Of a stretch of 64,000 bases of DNA, positions 1 to 8,623 are shown in pieces. Made by a program: the position numbers and the translations under genes. The DNA is from Candidatus Latescibacterota bacterium. Its GTDB lineage: Bacteria > Latescibacterota > UBA2968 > UBA8231. A model generated the notes under the pieces. It was not told the origin of the DNA. It searched no databases and saw only the letters and a program-made list of their open reading frames with translations. The stretch lies in NCBI GenBank assembly GCA_964291625.2, contig OZ220089.1, positions 4,322,554 through 4,386,553 on the forward strand, read 5' to 3'. Positions within the stretch are counted from its first letter, which is position 1. Each line of letters begins with the position of its first letter.

Positions 1-272
1 ATCGGAATTTGACGGCCCCAGGCAGCTCCGATCTCGGCCCAGACGTACGGCCTGGTCAGCGACCACGGCGTCAGGAGGACCAGCAGTTCCGTTGCGGTGG
101 CGAGAGCCTTGAGAATCCTCTCCTCGAAGTCTTCGCTCACCGCGACATCTGTCTCGTCGAGAAAGGTAGAGGCTCCGGCCGCCTCGATCCCCTTGGCAAT
201 CTGCCTTGCGACCCAGGTATCGGTGCTGCTGTGGCTGAGGAACACAAGCCAGGTCGGACCGGACTCGGGCAA
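1..272 (-). CDS. TIR-domain protein, N-terminal part only (gene runs off the left edge)
   Basis: Not in the ORF track because it is open at the edge. Reverse-strand translation from TTG at 272, bounded upstream by in-frame TAA at 306-308: LPESGPTWLVFLSHSSTDTWVARQIAKGIEAAGASTFLDETDVAVSEDFEERILKALATATELLVLLTPWSLTRPYVWAEIGAAWGRQIP. This fits the bacterial TIR pattern: an (V/F)FLSHS first strand, an acidic loop, and a late W..E containing the conserved Glu. The start codon is uncertain. Confidence 0.6.
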   Translation of the reverse strand, partial: MPESGPTWLVFLSHSSTDTWVARQIAKGIEAAGASTFLDETDVAVSEDFEERILKALATATELLVLLTPWSLTRPYVWAEIGAAWGRQIP

Positions 273-361
273 GTCTGTCGTCTCACTCGTAGAAGGTAGT
301 TGAAATTACAGGGGGACTAAGGCAAGTTCAAGGGGGCTGAAACCGAGGATTGGACCGCGGA

Positions 362-3300
362 ATGACGACCAGAACGACGGCCCGCCTGACGGCGGCGGTC
401 GAGCACTACCTGACCGACCTGCACCGCATCCGCGCCTCCGGCAGCGCCACGGGAGAGCGCTCTAGCTACGGTCCGCTGGCCAACCTGCTCAACGCCGTCG
501 GCGGCACCCTCAAGCCCAAGGTGTTCTGCGTGGGCGAGCTGGCCGACCAGGGGGCAGGCCACCCCGACTTCGGGCTCTACTCGTCGCGGCAGGTGCAGAA
601 GGGGCAGCCCCGCCCGGGGCAGACACCGGAGCGCGGCGTGGTCGAGGTGAAGTCGGCTGACGACGACGCCTGGCTGACCGCGCACAGCAGACAGGTCAGC
701 CGCTACTGGGACCGCTACAGTCTCGTGCTGGTGACCAACACCCGCGACTTCGTGCTCCTCGGGGAGGACTCGGCGCGCCTTCCCGCCAAGCTCGAGACCT
801 TCCGGCTGGCGGAGAGCGCCGACGAGTTCGAGCAGCGCCTGGAGACGCCCCACGCCTTCGCCCGCGATGTCGGCGCGGGCTTGGCCGAATACCTGGGCCG
901 GGCGCTGGCGCACCGGGCGGCCCTGTCCGAGCCGAGGGATCTCGCCTGGCTGCTGGCGTCGTACGCCCGCGACGGGCTGGCGCGGGTCGAGGCCGCCGGC
1001 GACGCCCAGCCCCTGAAGGCGGTGCGCTCCGCTCTCGAGGAGGCCCTGGGGGTCCGCTTCGAGGGCCCCCGCGGCGAGGCCTTCTTCCGGTCGACCCTGG
1101 TACAGACCCTGTTCTATGGCCTGTTCTCCGCCTGGGTGCTGTGGGCCCGGCAAGCCAAGCAGGGAGACCGTTTCGACTGGCGCACCTCGGTCTGGCACCT
1201 GCGCGCCCCCGTGTTGCGTGCGCTCTTCCATCAACTTTCGGGCCCCGGCCGCCTGAAGCACCTCGACCTCGTCGAGGTGATGGACTGGACCGCCGCGGCC
1301 CTCGACCGGGTGGACCGGCCGGCCTTCTTCTCCCGCTTCAACGAGGGCGAGGCCGTGCCCTACTTCTACGAGCCCTTCCTCCAAGCCTTCGACCCCGGCC
1401 TGCGCAAGCAGCTCGGCGTCTGGTACACGCCATCCGAAGTGGTGCGATACATGGTAGCCCGCGTCGACCGGGCGCTGCGCGACGACCTCGGCATCGCCGA
1501 CGGGCTGGCGGCCGACAACGTCTACGTCCTCGACCCCTGCTGCGGCACCGGCGCCTACCTGGCCGAGGTACTGCGCCGCATCGCCGCCAACCTACAAGGC
1601 CGCGGCCTCGGCGCCCTCGCCGGCGCTCGGGTGAAGCAGGCGGCCCTGGAGCGGGTCTTCGGCTTCGAGATCATGCCCGCCCCCTTTGTCGTCGCCCACC
1701 TGCAGGTCGGCCTCACCCTGCAGGATCTCGACGCCCCGCTGGCGGAGGAGGGAGAGGAGCGGGCCACCGTCTTCCTCACCAACGCCCTGACCGGATGGGA
1801 GCCGAAGGCCGACAAGCCCCTGCCCTTCCCGGAGTTGGAGGAGGAACGGGACCGCGCCGAGCGCGTGAAGCGGGACACGCCGATCCTCGTGATCCTCGGC
1901 AATCCACCCTACAACGGATTTGCCGGTATGGCGGTGGAAGAGGAGCGGGAGCTGTCCGAAGCCTACCGCACGACGAGGCGGGTACGCCGGCCCGAAGGCC
2001 AGGGGCTGAACGATCTCTACGTGCGGTTCTTCCGCATGGCGGAAAGGCGCATCGCCGAAAGGACGGGCCAGGGGGTGGTCTGCTTCATCTCCAACTACTC
2101 CTGGCTGGACGGCCTGTCCTTCACCGGCATGCGGGAGCGTTACCTGGAGGCGTTCGACGCGATCCGCATCGACAATCTGCACGGAGACCGCATCATCTCA
2201 GAATATGCGCCTGATGGTCGCACCAGTGAGACTGTCTTCGCCCTGCCAGGCCAATCCCCGGGTATCAAAGTCGGCACCAGCATCGCCTTGCTTGCCAAGA
2301 CTGGCAACCCCGTCGACCCATCGAAAGGCGGGCACATCCTATATAGGGATTTCCATCAGGCAAGAGCCGAGGAGAGACGGGCAGCGTTGTTGGAGAGTCT
2401 CGATAGTCCTCAACTGGATGCCGGCTACACAACCTTGGAAATGAATCTTCGCCTCGGCCTGCCATTCAGGCCCGCGACGGTCAGCGAGGACTGGTTCGGC
2501 TGGCCGGCCGTGCCCGACCTGTTTCCAGTTTCCTTTCCAGGCGTCAAGACCAGCCGCGATGGATTCCTCGTCGATACCGATCTCGACCGACTCAAGGCAC
2601 GGATTGGCGAGTACTACGACCCAACCTTGAGCCACGACGACATCGCGCGTCGCTATCCAGGTGTGATGAAGAGCACGGCGCGGTATGACGCCCGTGCAGT
2701 GCGGGATGCGCTGCTCGCACGCGGTGGACCGATTGACACCGGTTTCGTCCGCCACGCTTATAGACCCCTAGACAATCGATGGATCTATTGGGAGGCCGAC
2801 ACTCAGTTGCTCGACAGGAACCGTGCGGACTACAAGCCGCACGTGTTCGAGGGCAATCTATGGCTTGGCTCGAGCAAACGAGAAGTCCACGAAGAGTTCT
2901 CCAACGGCATCTTGACGTATCATCTCGGAAACTGGAAGCTCGGCAACTGGGGGATTCACTTCTTTCCTCTATGGCTCCGAGACGAGGGCTTTGGAGTCGG
3001 CAACGAGGCCCAACGGCGTCCGAACATCTCTGGCGCCGCTCAAGGATACCTACAGCGTCTCGGAGCGAGCGTAGAGGATCTGTTTCACCACGTCCTCGTC
3101 ACCGTCCACCATCCCGACTACCGCAAAGCCAACGCAGGGGCGCTCCGCATGGAATGGCCGCGCATCCCGCTGCCTGGCTGGGCCGATGGCGAAACCTCGG
3201 GCGCGGCCGAGGCGCTTGCCGAATCGGCCGCGAGGGGCCGTGGACTGGCCCGCCTCCTCGACCCGGACACGCCGGTACCCGGCGTCACCTACGGTGAGTT

Positions 3301-3724
3301 GCGGCCGGGATCCGCCTCCCTCGCCGTACCCGCCACCACCGCCGGGTGCAACATGACCAGCGACGACTTCGCGGTCACCGCCGGGTGGGGCCACTTCGGA
3401 ACAGGCGATGTCGTCATGCCGGGCAAGGGCCGCATCGTCGAGCGCGACTACACCCCTTCGGAACGCGCCGCCCTCGGCGACGCAATACCTACGCTCGGCG
3501 TCAAGACGCTCGACGTGTACCTGAATGACCGGGCCTTCTGGAGCAACGTCCCCGCCGGCATCTGGGACTACAAACTCGGCGGCTACCAAGTCCTCAAGAA
3601 ATGGCTGTCCTACCGAGAACGCGTTGTCCTTGGGCGAAGTCTGTCGGCGGAGGAAGTGCTGTACTTTGCAGAAACCGCTAGGAGGGTGGCGCGGATAAGG
3701 CTGTCAAGCCGATGCTTGGGATAG
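362..3724 (+). CDS. Single-chain type IIG/IIL-like restriction-modification enzyme (PD-(D/E)XK nuclease + gamma-class N6-adenine methyltransferase + C-terminal specificity region)
   Basis: ORF 350..3724. ATG at 362 lies 12 nt after GAGGA; TTG at 350 is the alternative start. N-terminal 'GHPDFGLY...(24 aa)...GVVEVKS' is a D...EXK nuclease motif as in MmeI-type enzymes. SAM motif I 'VLDPCCGTGAYL' is at about 1526-1561. Motif IV 'GNPPYNG' has its NPPY at 1901-1912. The long C-terminal region resembles the type ISP / IIG C-terminal domain. Confidence 0.8.
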   Translation: MTTRTTARLTAAVEHYLTDLHRIRASGSATGERSSYGPLANLLNAVGGTLKPKVFCVGELADQGAGHPDFGLYSSRQVQKGQPRPGQTPERGVVEVKSADDDAWLTAHSRQVSRYWDRYSLVLVTNTRDFVLLGEDSARLPAKLETFRLAESADEFEQRLETPHAFARDVGAGLAEYLGRALAHRAALSEPRDLAWLLASYARDGLARVEAAGDAQPLKAVRSALEEALGVRFEGPRGEAFFRSTLVQTLFYGLFSAWVLWARQAKQGDRFDWRTSVWHLRAPVLRALFHQLSGPGRLKHLDLVEVMDWTAAALDRVDRPAFFSRFNEGEAVPYFYEPFLQAFDPGLRKQLGVWYTPSEVVRYMVARVDRALRDDLGIADGLAADNVYVLDPCCGTGAYLAEVLRRIAANLQGRGLGALAGARVKQAALERVFGFEIMPAPFVVAHLQVGLTLQDLDAPLAEEGEERATVFLTNALTGWEPKADKPLPFPELEEERDRAERVKRDTPILVILGNPPYNGFAGMAVEEERELSEAYRTTRRVRRPEGQGLNDLYVRFFRMAERRIAERTGQGVVCFISNYSWLDGLSFTGMRERYLEAFDAIRIDNLHGDRIISEYAPDGRTSETVFALPGQSPGIKVGTSIALLAKTGNPVDPSKGGHILYRDFHQARAEERRAALLESLDSPQLDAGYTTLEMNLRLGLPFRPATVSEDWFGWPAVPDLFPVSFPGVKTSRDGFLVDTDLDRLKARIGEYYDPTLSHDDIARRYPGVMKSTARYDARAVRDALLARGGPIDTGFVRHAYRPLDNRWIYWEADTQLLDRNRADYKPHVFEGNLWLGSSKREVHEEFSNGILTYHLGNWKLGNWGIHFFPLWLRDEGFGVGNEAQRRPNISGAAQGYLQRLGASVEDLFHHVLVTVHHPDYRKANAGALRMEWPRIPLPGWADGETSGAAEALAESAARGRGLARLLDPDTPVPGVTYGELRPGSASLAVPATTAGCNMTSDDFAVTAGWGHFGTGDVVMPGKGRIVERDYTPSERAALGDAIPTLGVKTLDVYLNDRAFWSNVPAGIWDYKLGGYQVLKKWLSYRERVVLGRSLSAEEVLYFAETARRVARIRLSSRCLG

Positions 3725-4303
3725 AGTTGAGTCGTCTAGTTTACGGACAAGATGGTTAGCTAGCACAAGCATCTCTAGTGCGACCTCTGGGTGATCGTCA
3801 AGCTCATGGTCGTGGGCTCGGGGGTTTCTAATTCCGGTCATTGTCCCAGCGTACACTTCCATGTAGCCACGCTGCTCACTCCTCTCTGACTCTGAGGTGA
3901 ATCTATTCATCTTGAGAACAGGAGAGTTTGCGCTGAATGCTGCCCGCATCAAGTCTGCGCCGTCCCTTTCGGTCAGTCCAGACCTTTCCTTCACCGCATT
4001 GTTCAGATACTTGAAGGCCTCCTCAACGGCTCGTGCGTAGTGGCCATCGGCAAACAGCCTTCTGCTCACGGCTCGAAGCTTCTGAATGGACACCGCTTCG
4101 TCGAATCGGTCAAGCGGCGACCGTTCGTTGATTGCCCCTTCATCAGGCTCTGACCTAGACGGACCCAGCCCAACTTCGTCCACGTCGCGTTGAATCCTGT
4201 GGGCTATTTCGAACCAGTCGTGCAGGCTGAGAATGCTGGGCAATTCCTCAGTTAGCCTCACGGCCATACAGATGGCGAGCCATGCTTGCGAAGATTTGAT
4301 CAA
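3704..4303 (-). CDS. TIGR02391 (Hypoth_Ymh)-like protein
   Basis: ORF-track 199 aa. The C-terminal half 'FADGHYARAVEEAFKYLNNAVKERSG...DGADLMRAAFS...PVLKMN...SERSEQRGYMEVYAGTMTGIRNPRAH' matches my memory of the TIGR02391/Ymh family core (..RNP.AH..). The start is uncertain: TTG at 4303 or ATG at 4267. The 3' end overlaps the convergent RM gene by 21 nt. The segment is lower in GC. Confidence 0.65.
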   Translation of the reverse strand: MIKSSQAWLAICMAVRLTEELPSILSLHDWFEIAHRIQRDVDEVGLGPSRSEPDEGAINERSPLDRFDEAVSIQKLRAVSRRLFADGHYARAVEEAFKYLNNAVKERSGLTERDGADLMRAAFSANSPVLKMNRFTSESERSEQRGYMEVYAGTMTGIRNPRAHDHELDDHPEVALEMLVLANHLVRKLDDSTLSQASA

Positions 4304-5045
4304 TCTGCTTGGGACTGGCTGTTGAGTCTATATGGATCTGAACGTCGACATGCAACTCGGGTAGATTCGACATGAGATCATTGTTCATAGTTGCCTCGGC
4401 GGGTGTAGGTGACCCACTGGGAGAATCGGTGCTGTGCGCTTCCTTGGATTCCTCCGCTGCACGGATTGGCTCTTTCGTCTCTTGTTCAAGCGTCTGCTCA
4501 ATAGACCGGACATAGTCGCTGCCCGAGATCTTGTGTATGAGGCGCAAGAACCGAAGGTTCGCGGTGAAGATCTCTACGGCCCTATCGCGGTCGGACTCCT
4601 CAATCCCTAGATTTGCGAACTCGTCTCTCAGCACTTGGTCGTCGGGAAGGCGCCGATCTTTCAGCTTTTGGTAGAGATTCTTGAATGGCCCGAACTGCTC
4701 TATCGCGAGTTGGAACTGCGTCTCGATCGCTTTGTAGGGAGACTGCTCCACGGCCAAGGCAATCTGCCCGCTATCGGTAATCGCCAAAGAGGTTGCACCG
4801 TAGCTGCCCGACGTCAGTCCATACCTTGAGGCATTAGTGACCAAACCCCGACTCGGGCCGCTGCTTGGCGAGCGGTTGAGTTTGTCGAATAGGGTTAGGC
4901 GTCGGATCTCACCACCGACACCGTGCTCATGGATCGCCTTGGGCAATAGAAGCGCTTCTTCGAACTCCATCGCGGGAAATGGTAGTTGGCGAGGGCGCCG
5001 CCTCTTCCTTGTTGGCTCTCTCTCGACATTTGTATGCTGTGTCAC
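4248..5045 (-). CDS. Hypothetical protein, no family recognised (possible N-terminal winged-helix-like region)
   Basis: ORF-track 265 aa, in the lower-GC segment. It is co-directional with the Ymh-like gene and overlaps its start. It has a basic N-terminus (KRRRPRQ), an acidic/Ser-Pro linker, and a conserved-looking C-terminal 'VDVQIHIDSTASPKQIDQIFASMARHLYG'. Confidence 0.55.
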   Translation of the reverse strand: MTQHTNVEREPTRKRRRPRQLPFPAMEFEEALLLPKAIHEHGVGGEIRRLTLFDKLNRSPSSGPSRGLVTNASRYGLTSGSYGATSLAITDSGQIALAVEQSPYKAIETQFQLAIEQFGPFKNLYQKLKDRRLPDDQVLRDEFANLGIEESDRDRAVEIFTANLRFLRLIHKISGSDYVRSIEQTLEQETKEPIRAAEESKEAHSTDSPSGSPTPAEATMNNDLMSNLPELHVDVQIHIDSTASPKQIDQIFASMARHLYGREAN

Positions 5046-5232
5046 CTATCGTCTCCCTTTCCTCACTATGGAATTCCTATCCTGGGCCCTTCTTCCTTCA
5101 TATGGAAGGCAAATGGTGTCCCAGTAGCCTCTCGGGTAATATTATCCTACGACTAGCAAGGTGATATGGCAAGCGAGGTCGAGAAGCGGTGCCGTGGACA
5201 GTATCTTCAGAACCTGAGGTAGCTCAGTCCTT

Positions 5233-7647
5233 TCAATCCAGCCAGTCCTCGAAGATCGCGACTCGACCATCCACCGGCTGGATCTCCACCGCCTCCCCCT
5301 CGCCGAGGATCAGCCGCCGGGCGCCCCCGGCCCACAGGTCCGCCCCCACCGGGTGGCCGGCGTCCACCCGTAGCGCATCCCCCTCCCAGGACAGCTCCAG
5401 CCGCGGGAAGGTCTCCTCGGCGGCCACGAGGAGGCGGCCCTCCAGGCTGACGTAGCTGCCGTTGATCAGCGCCAGTTCGCGGGGCCGACCGTCGCCGCCG
5501 CAGCGCACGAGCGCCACCTCGCCGTCGCTCTCGAGGGGTCCGGCGGTGCGCAGGGCGCGGCGCTCGTGGGAGGCGTAGTAGTAGTCCCGCCCTCCGTCGA
5601 CGTGCACGCAGAGCGCGGACACCTGCCAAGTGGGGACAACCTCCCCCTGTTCCTCCACCTGCAGCCGTTCCACCGCCACCGCCGGGACGCTGTCCCCCGG
5701 GTGGGGATGCAGCACCATGTCCCAGGCCAGCGGCAGCTCCTCCTCCACCGAGTAGATGGCCGCCGGCGAGGGACGGTGCTCGCCCCAGCCCGCCGGGACC
5801 CACCCCTGCAGGGGATCCTCCTGGCCCTTGACGATGCGCACCTCCAGCTCGGCTCCCGGGGCGGGCAGGATCACCAGGCCGGCGCGGCCGTTCACGGTGC
5901 GCACCGAGCCGTCCTCCGGCTCGACGCGGGCCGTGGCCGAGGCCTGGAAGTGGAACAGGGATTCGGCCTTGTGCCGGCCTCGGCCGAGGAGCCGGTCGGA
6001 GAGGATCCAGTAGTCGGGCTTGACGAACAGGACCCGGCGGTCGTGATCGACGAAGACGCGCTCGTGGGGCGGCACCTGCAGGCCGCCGCCCTGGCTCCGC
6101 GTCCAGGGCTGCATGCGTTCCACCGTGTCGACGCGCTTGCTCTCGTAGGCGAACCCGCGCCGGCGGCTCTGCTCCGAGCCGTAGGCGGCGTACCCGTCCT
6201 CGTAGCGGCTGCGGACGCAGTCGAAGCGGCGGCCGCTGACCCAGGTGTTGGGCAACGGCTCCGGGGCGATCTCGTGCCAGGCGGTGCGCCCGCGCAGCGA
6301 GGGGATCTCGAAGAGGGGGAGGCCGGCCACCTGGCCGCGGCCGTCGACCATGATCGTGTTGTGGCCGGCGGGGCCGACGAAGTACTCGCTGCGCCAGGCC
6401 GACGCCCAGGGCCCGGCGCAGCCGCTGTCGGTGACCAGGGTGTTGCCGTAGGCGTAGAGCTCGAAGCTGAGCTTGTCCACGTGGTTGTGCCCCCCGGCGC
6501 TGCGGCCGCCGTCGAAGACCAGGTAGCGGGCCTCGGCGGACCAGTCGGAGCGCATGACGTAGAACCCGGCGTAGGGGAAGGCGCGGGAGGTCCAGGCCGG
6601 GGGCGCGCCCTCGGCGCCGAAGGACTGGATGTAGCGCAGGTCGGGCCGGCCGGTGATCTCCACGCCGTGCTCGATCAGGCCGCCGCGGCGCTCGGGCAGC
6701 TTCTCCGGGTCCTGGGCGGAGTAGTTGTCGTTGACCGAGGGATAGCTGCCGTTGGGCTTCACCATGTAGGCGGGGAAGTCGAAGATCCCCTCCACCTTGT
6801 CGCGGTATCCCGGCGGCAGCTCGATCTCGCCCCCCTCGCCCCGCTGCAGGACGCGGGTGAAGCTCTCGTGGGCGAAGTAGCACAGCTCGATGTAGGCGCC
6901 GTCGGGGTAGAAGTAGTCGTCCAGCAGCGCCCGGAGTCCCTCCACGCCGGCGCGGGACCAGCGCTCCGACTCGGCGAACTCCGGCCACTGCTCCCCGAGG
7001 CCGATGAGCTGCTCGTGGAGGTGGACGATCATGTTGGGCATGCCCGGCATCTGGTTACCGGCGGCGTAGCGCAGGTGATGGAGGATCACCTTGAGCAAAG
7101 CGATCACCTCCTCGTCGGTCACGGCGGAACAGTGCCGGAGCGACATCAGGCACCGCGTCCAGTTGGCGGTGCGAGGAAGGGTGTAGAAGATCGTCCGCCA
7201 GAAGGCGCCGGTGGCGCCGGTGGGAGGACGGTCCGGCAGCGGTCCGTTGGCCTCGACCCACTCGAGCATGCGGGTCACGCACTCGCGGGCGTAGCGGGGG
7301 TTTCCGGTCGAGCCGTACTCCTGGGCCAGGGCGGCGAAATCACCGTGGTCGTTGAGCCCCATGACCTGGGTGCTGTGCAGCCTCTCGGGGACGTCCTCCG
7401 GGTGGGGCACCGCGAGCCAGTCGCGGGCGGCGAGATCGCGGCACAGCTCCTCGCCGCGGTCCGAGACGGCCTCGGGCCGGTCGCCGGGTCCGCTCCCGGG
7501 ACCGTCGCCGCCCCCTCCGCGCCGGCGGATGTACCCCGCCAGCTCAGCCGTCGCCGCGGCCTCACCGCCGGTCTCGCGGGCCCGGCGCACCGGCTCCAGG
7601 CCCGGGTGCTCGGGGGCGAGGGCGTCCAGCAGCTCTTCGTCACTCAT
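5233..7647 (-). CDS. Heparinase II/III-family polysaccharide lyase-like protein
   Basis: ORF 5233..7716. The likely start is the internal ATG at 7647 (MSDEELLDAL). 'GGRSAGGHNHVDKLSFELYAYGNTLVTDSGC' is typical of the heparinase II/III C-terminal domain. The N-terminal half looks like an alginate-lyase-type alpha/alpha toroid. Confidence 0.75.
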   Translation of the reverse strand: MSDEELLDALAPEHPGLEPVRRARETGGEAAATAELAGYIRRRGGGGDGPGSGPGDRPEAVSDRGEELCRDLAARDWLAVPHPEDVPERLHSTQVMGLNDHGDFAALAQEYGSTGNPRYARECVTRMLEWVEANGPLPDRPPTGATGAFWRTIFYTLPRTANWTRCLMSLRHCSAVTDEEVIALLKVILHHLRYAAGNQMPGMPNMIVHLHEQLIGLGEQWPEFAESERWSRAGVEGLRALLDDYFYPDGAYIELCYFAHESFTRVLQRGEGGEIELPPGYRDKVEGIFDFPAYMVKPNGSYPSVNDNYSAQDPEKLPERRGGLIEHGVEITGRPDLRYIQSFGAEGAPPAWTSRAFPYAGFYVMRSDWSAEARYLVFDGGRSAGGHNHVDKLSFELYAYGNTLVTDSGCAGPWASAWRSEYFVGPAGHNTIMVDGRGQVAGLPLFEIPSLRGRTAWHEIAPEPLPNTWVSGRRFDCVRSRYEDGYAAYGSEQSRRRGFAYESKRVDTVERMQPWTRSQGGGLQVPPHERVFVDHDRRVLFVKPDYWILSDRLLGRGRHKAESLFHFQASATARVEPEDGSVRTVNGRAGLVILPAPGAELEVRIVKGQEDPLQGWVPAGWGEHRPSPAAIYSVEEELPLAWDMVLHPHPGDSVPAVAVERLQVEEQGEVVPTWQVSALCVHVDGGRDYYYASHERRALRTAGPLESDGEVALVRCGGDGRPRELALINGSYVSLEGRLLVAAEETFPRLELSWEGDALRVDAGHPVGADLWAGGARRLILGEGEAVEIQPVDGRVAIFEDWLD

Positions 7648-7748
7648 CACGTAGGGCAAGTCGCTTCTCCTTTTTGGCGGGCGGCCACGCACCGGCTCCA
7701 GGGCCGGGTGCTCCAATCGAGGGGGCCGCGCAACTCTTCGTCACCCAT
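7587..7748. repeat. Imperfect direct duplication (~60 nt, offset ~101 nt) of the 5' end of the lyase gene
   Basis: Copy A is 7587-7647 and copy B is 7689-7748. The first 25 nt differ at 1 position (gcaccggctccagg[c/g]ccgggtgctc). Both copies end in ctcttcgtcac[t/c]cat, the reverse complement of ATG(A/G)GTGACGAAGAG. Confidence 0.7.
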
Positions 7749-7921
7749 GAGCAGTGACGCGATCGATCTCCTGGCTGTGGATGCGACGGCCGGGCGGCAC
7801 GTAACGGCCCCGGGGGCGGGGGGGCAACCCGAGGGGACGGGTACCGGTCCGCTGCGGAAATGTTGCAGCCTCCTTCCAGGCCCGCTAGTGTAGGCGGCCC
7901 TCACCCGACCCGGAGAAGCCC

Positions 7922-8623
7922 GTGGCCCTCCTCGACATCCCCGTCCGCTACTACAAGGATTTCCCCGACGGCTACGACTACGGGTACGAGACCCTCTCCC
8001 TGCCGCTGGCGGAGTGCACCTTCCTCCTCGTCGACGTGGACGGCACCTCGCCCAACCCGGTCACCGAGACCCGCATCGCCCCGGCCCTGGAGGCGGCCCG
8101 GAACGTGGGTCTGCGCGTCGCCTACGTCCACAACGACCTGCGCCTGGTGGCCGACCCCGGCAACATCGTCGGCGAGTTCTGGGGCAAGACCAAGCACGGC
8201 CAGGGCCGCGACGGGCTCCAGCCGTGGCGGGAGATGGGGCCGGACTTCGAGCCGCGCTACCTGGACTGCGTCGCTCCCCGCGGGGGGGAGCCGAACTTCC
8301 CCAAGTGGATCTGGAGCGGCTTCCACGACACCTTCCTCGACCAGCACCTGCGCAGCTGGGGCACGCGCACCCTCATCGTCGTCGGCTACAGCCGCCGCGC
8401 CTGCATGCACTACACCTGCGCCGAGGCCGTGGGCCGCAACTACCGCGTGGTGCTGCTGCGCGACGCCTCCAACGGCGCCGAGATCGAGTTCCCCGACACC
8501 ATCGACGAGACCATCCCCGAGGGCGGCTGGCTCAACAAGGTCGTGCTGCGCAACTTCGAGCACCTCATCGGCTACACCACCACCTCGGCGGAGTTCGTCG
8601 ACGCCTGCGAGGACCTGCGATGA
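7922..8623 (+). CDS. Isochorismatase-family (cysteine hydrolase) protein
   Basis: ORF-track 233 aa with a GTG start. 'LLVDVDG' is at the N-terminal strand. 'TLIVVGYSRRACMHYTCAEA' has the family's conserved Cys context. Its stop overlaps the next start (ATGA). Confidence 0.7.
   Translation: MALLDIPVRYYKDFPDGYDYGYETLSLPLAECTFLLVDVDGTSPNPVTETRIAPALEAARNVGLRVAYVHNDLRLVADPGNIVGEFWGKTKHGQGRDGLQPWREMGPDFEPRYLDCVAPRGGEPNFPKWIWSGFHDTFLDQHLRSWGTRTLIVVGYSRRACMHYTCAEAVGRNYRVVLLRDASNGAEIEFPDTIDETIPEGGWLNKVVLRNFEHLIGYTTTSAEFVDACEDLR

Noticed and set aside
317-1384. 355-aa reverse-strand ORF opposite the RM gene, and many similar ORFs throughout the track (for example 8572..9906, 9596..10834, 17923..19896, 19581..21539, 21380..23497, 23494..24822, 37710..38654, 38705..40660, 43571..45070, 46907..48895)
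   Set aside because: All are antisense or out of frame relative to genes with clear family motifs, and all show low-complexity Arg/Gly/Pro/Ala composition. I treat them as non-coding shadows.
5207-7893. Long ORFs 5207..6988 (-) and 5566..7893 (+) overlapping the heparinase-like gene
   Set aside because: Their composition (poly R/P/G/A) is typical of wrong-frame or antisense translation in GC-rich DNA. The 5233..7716 frame carries the recognisable family motifs.
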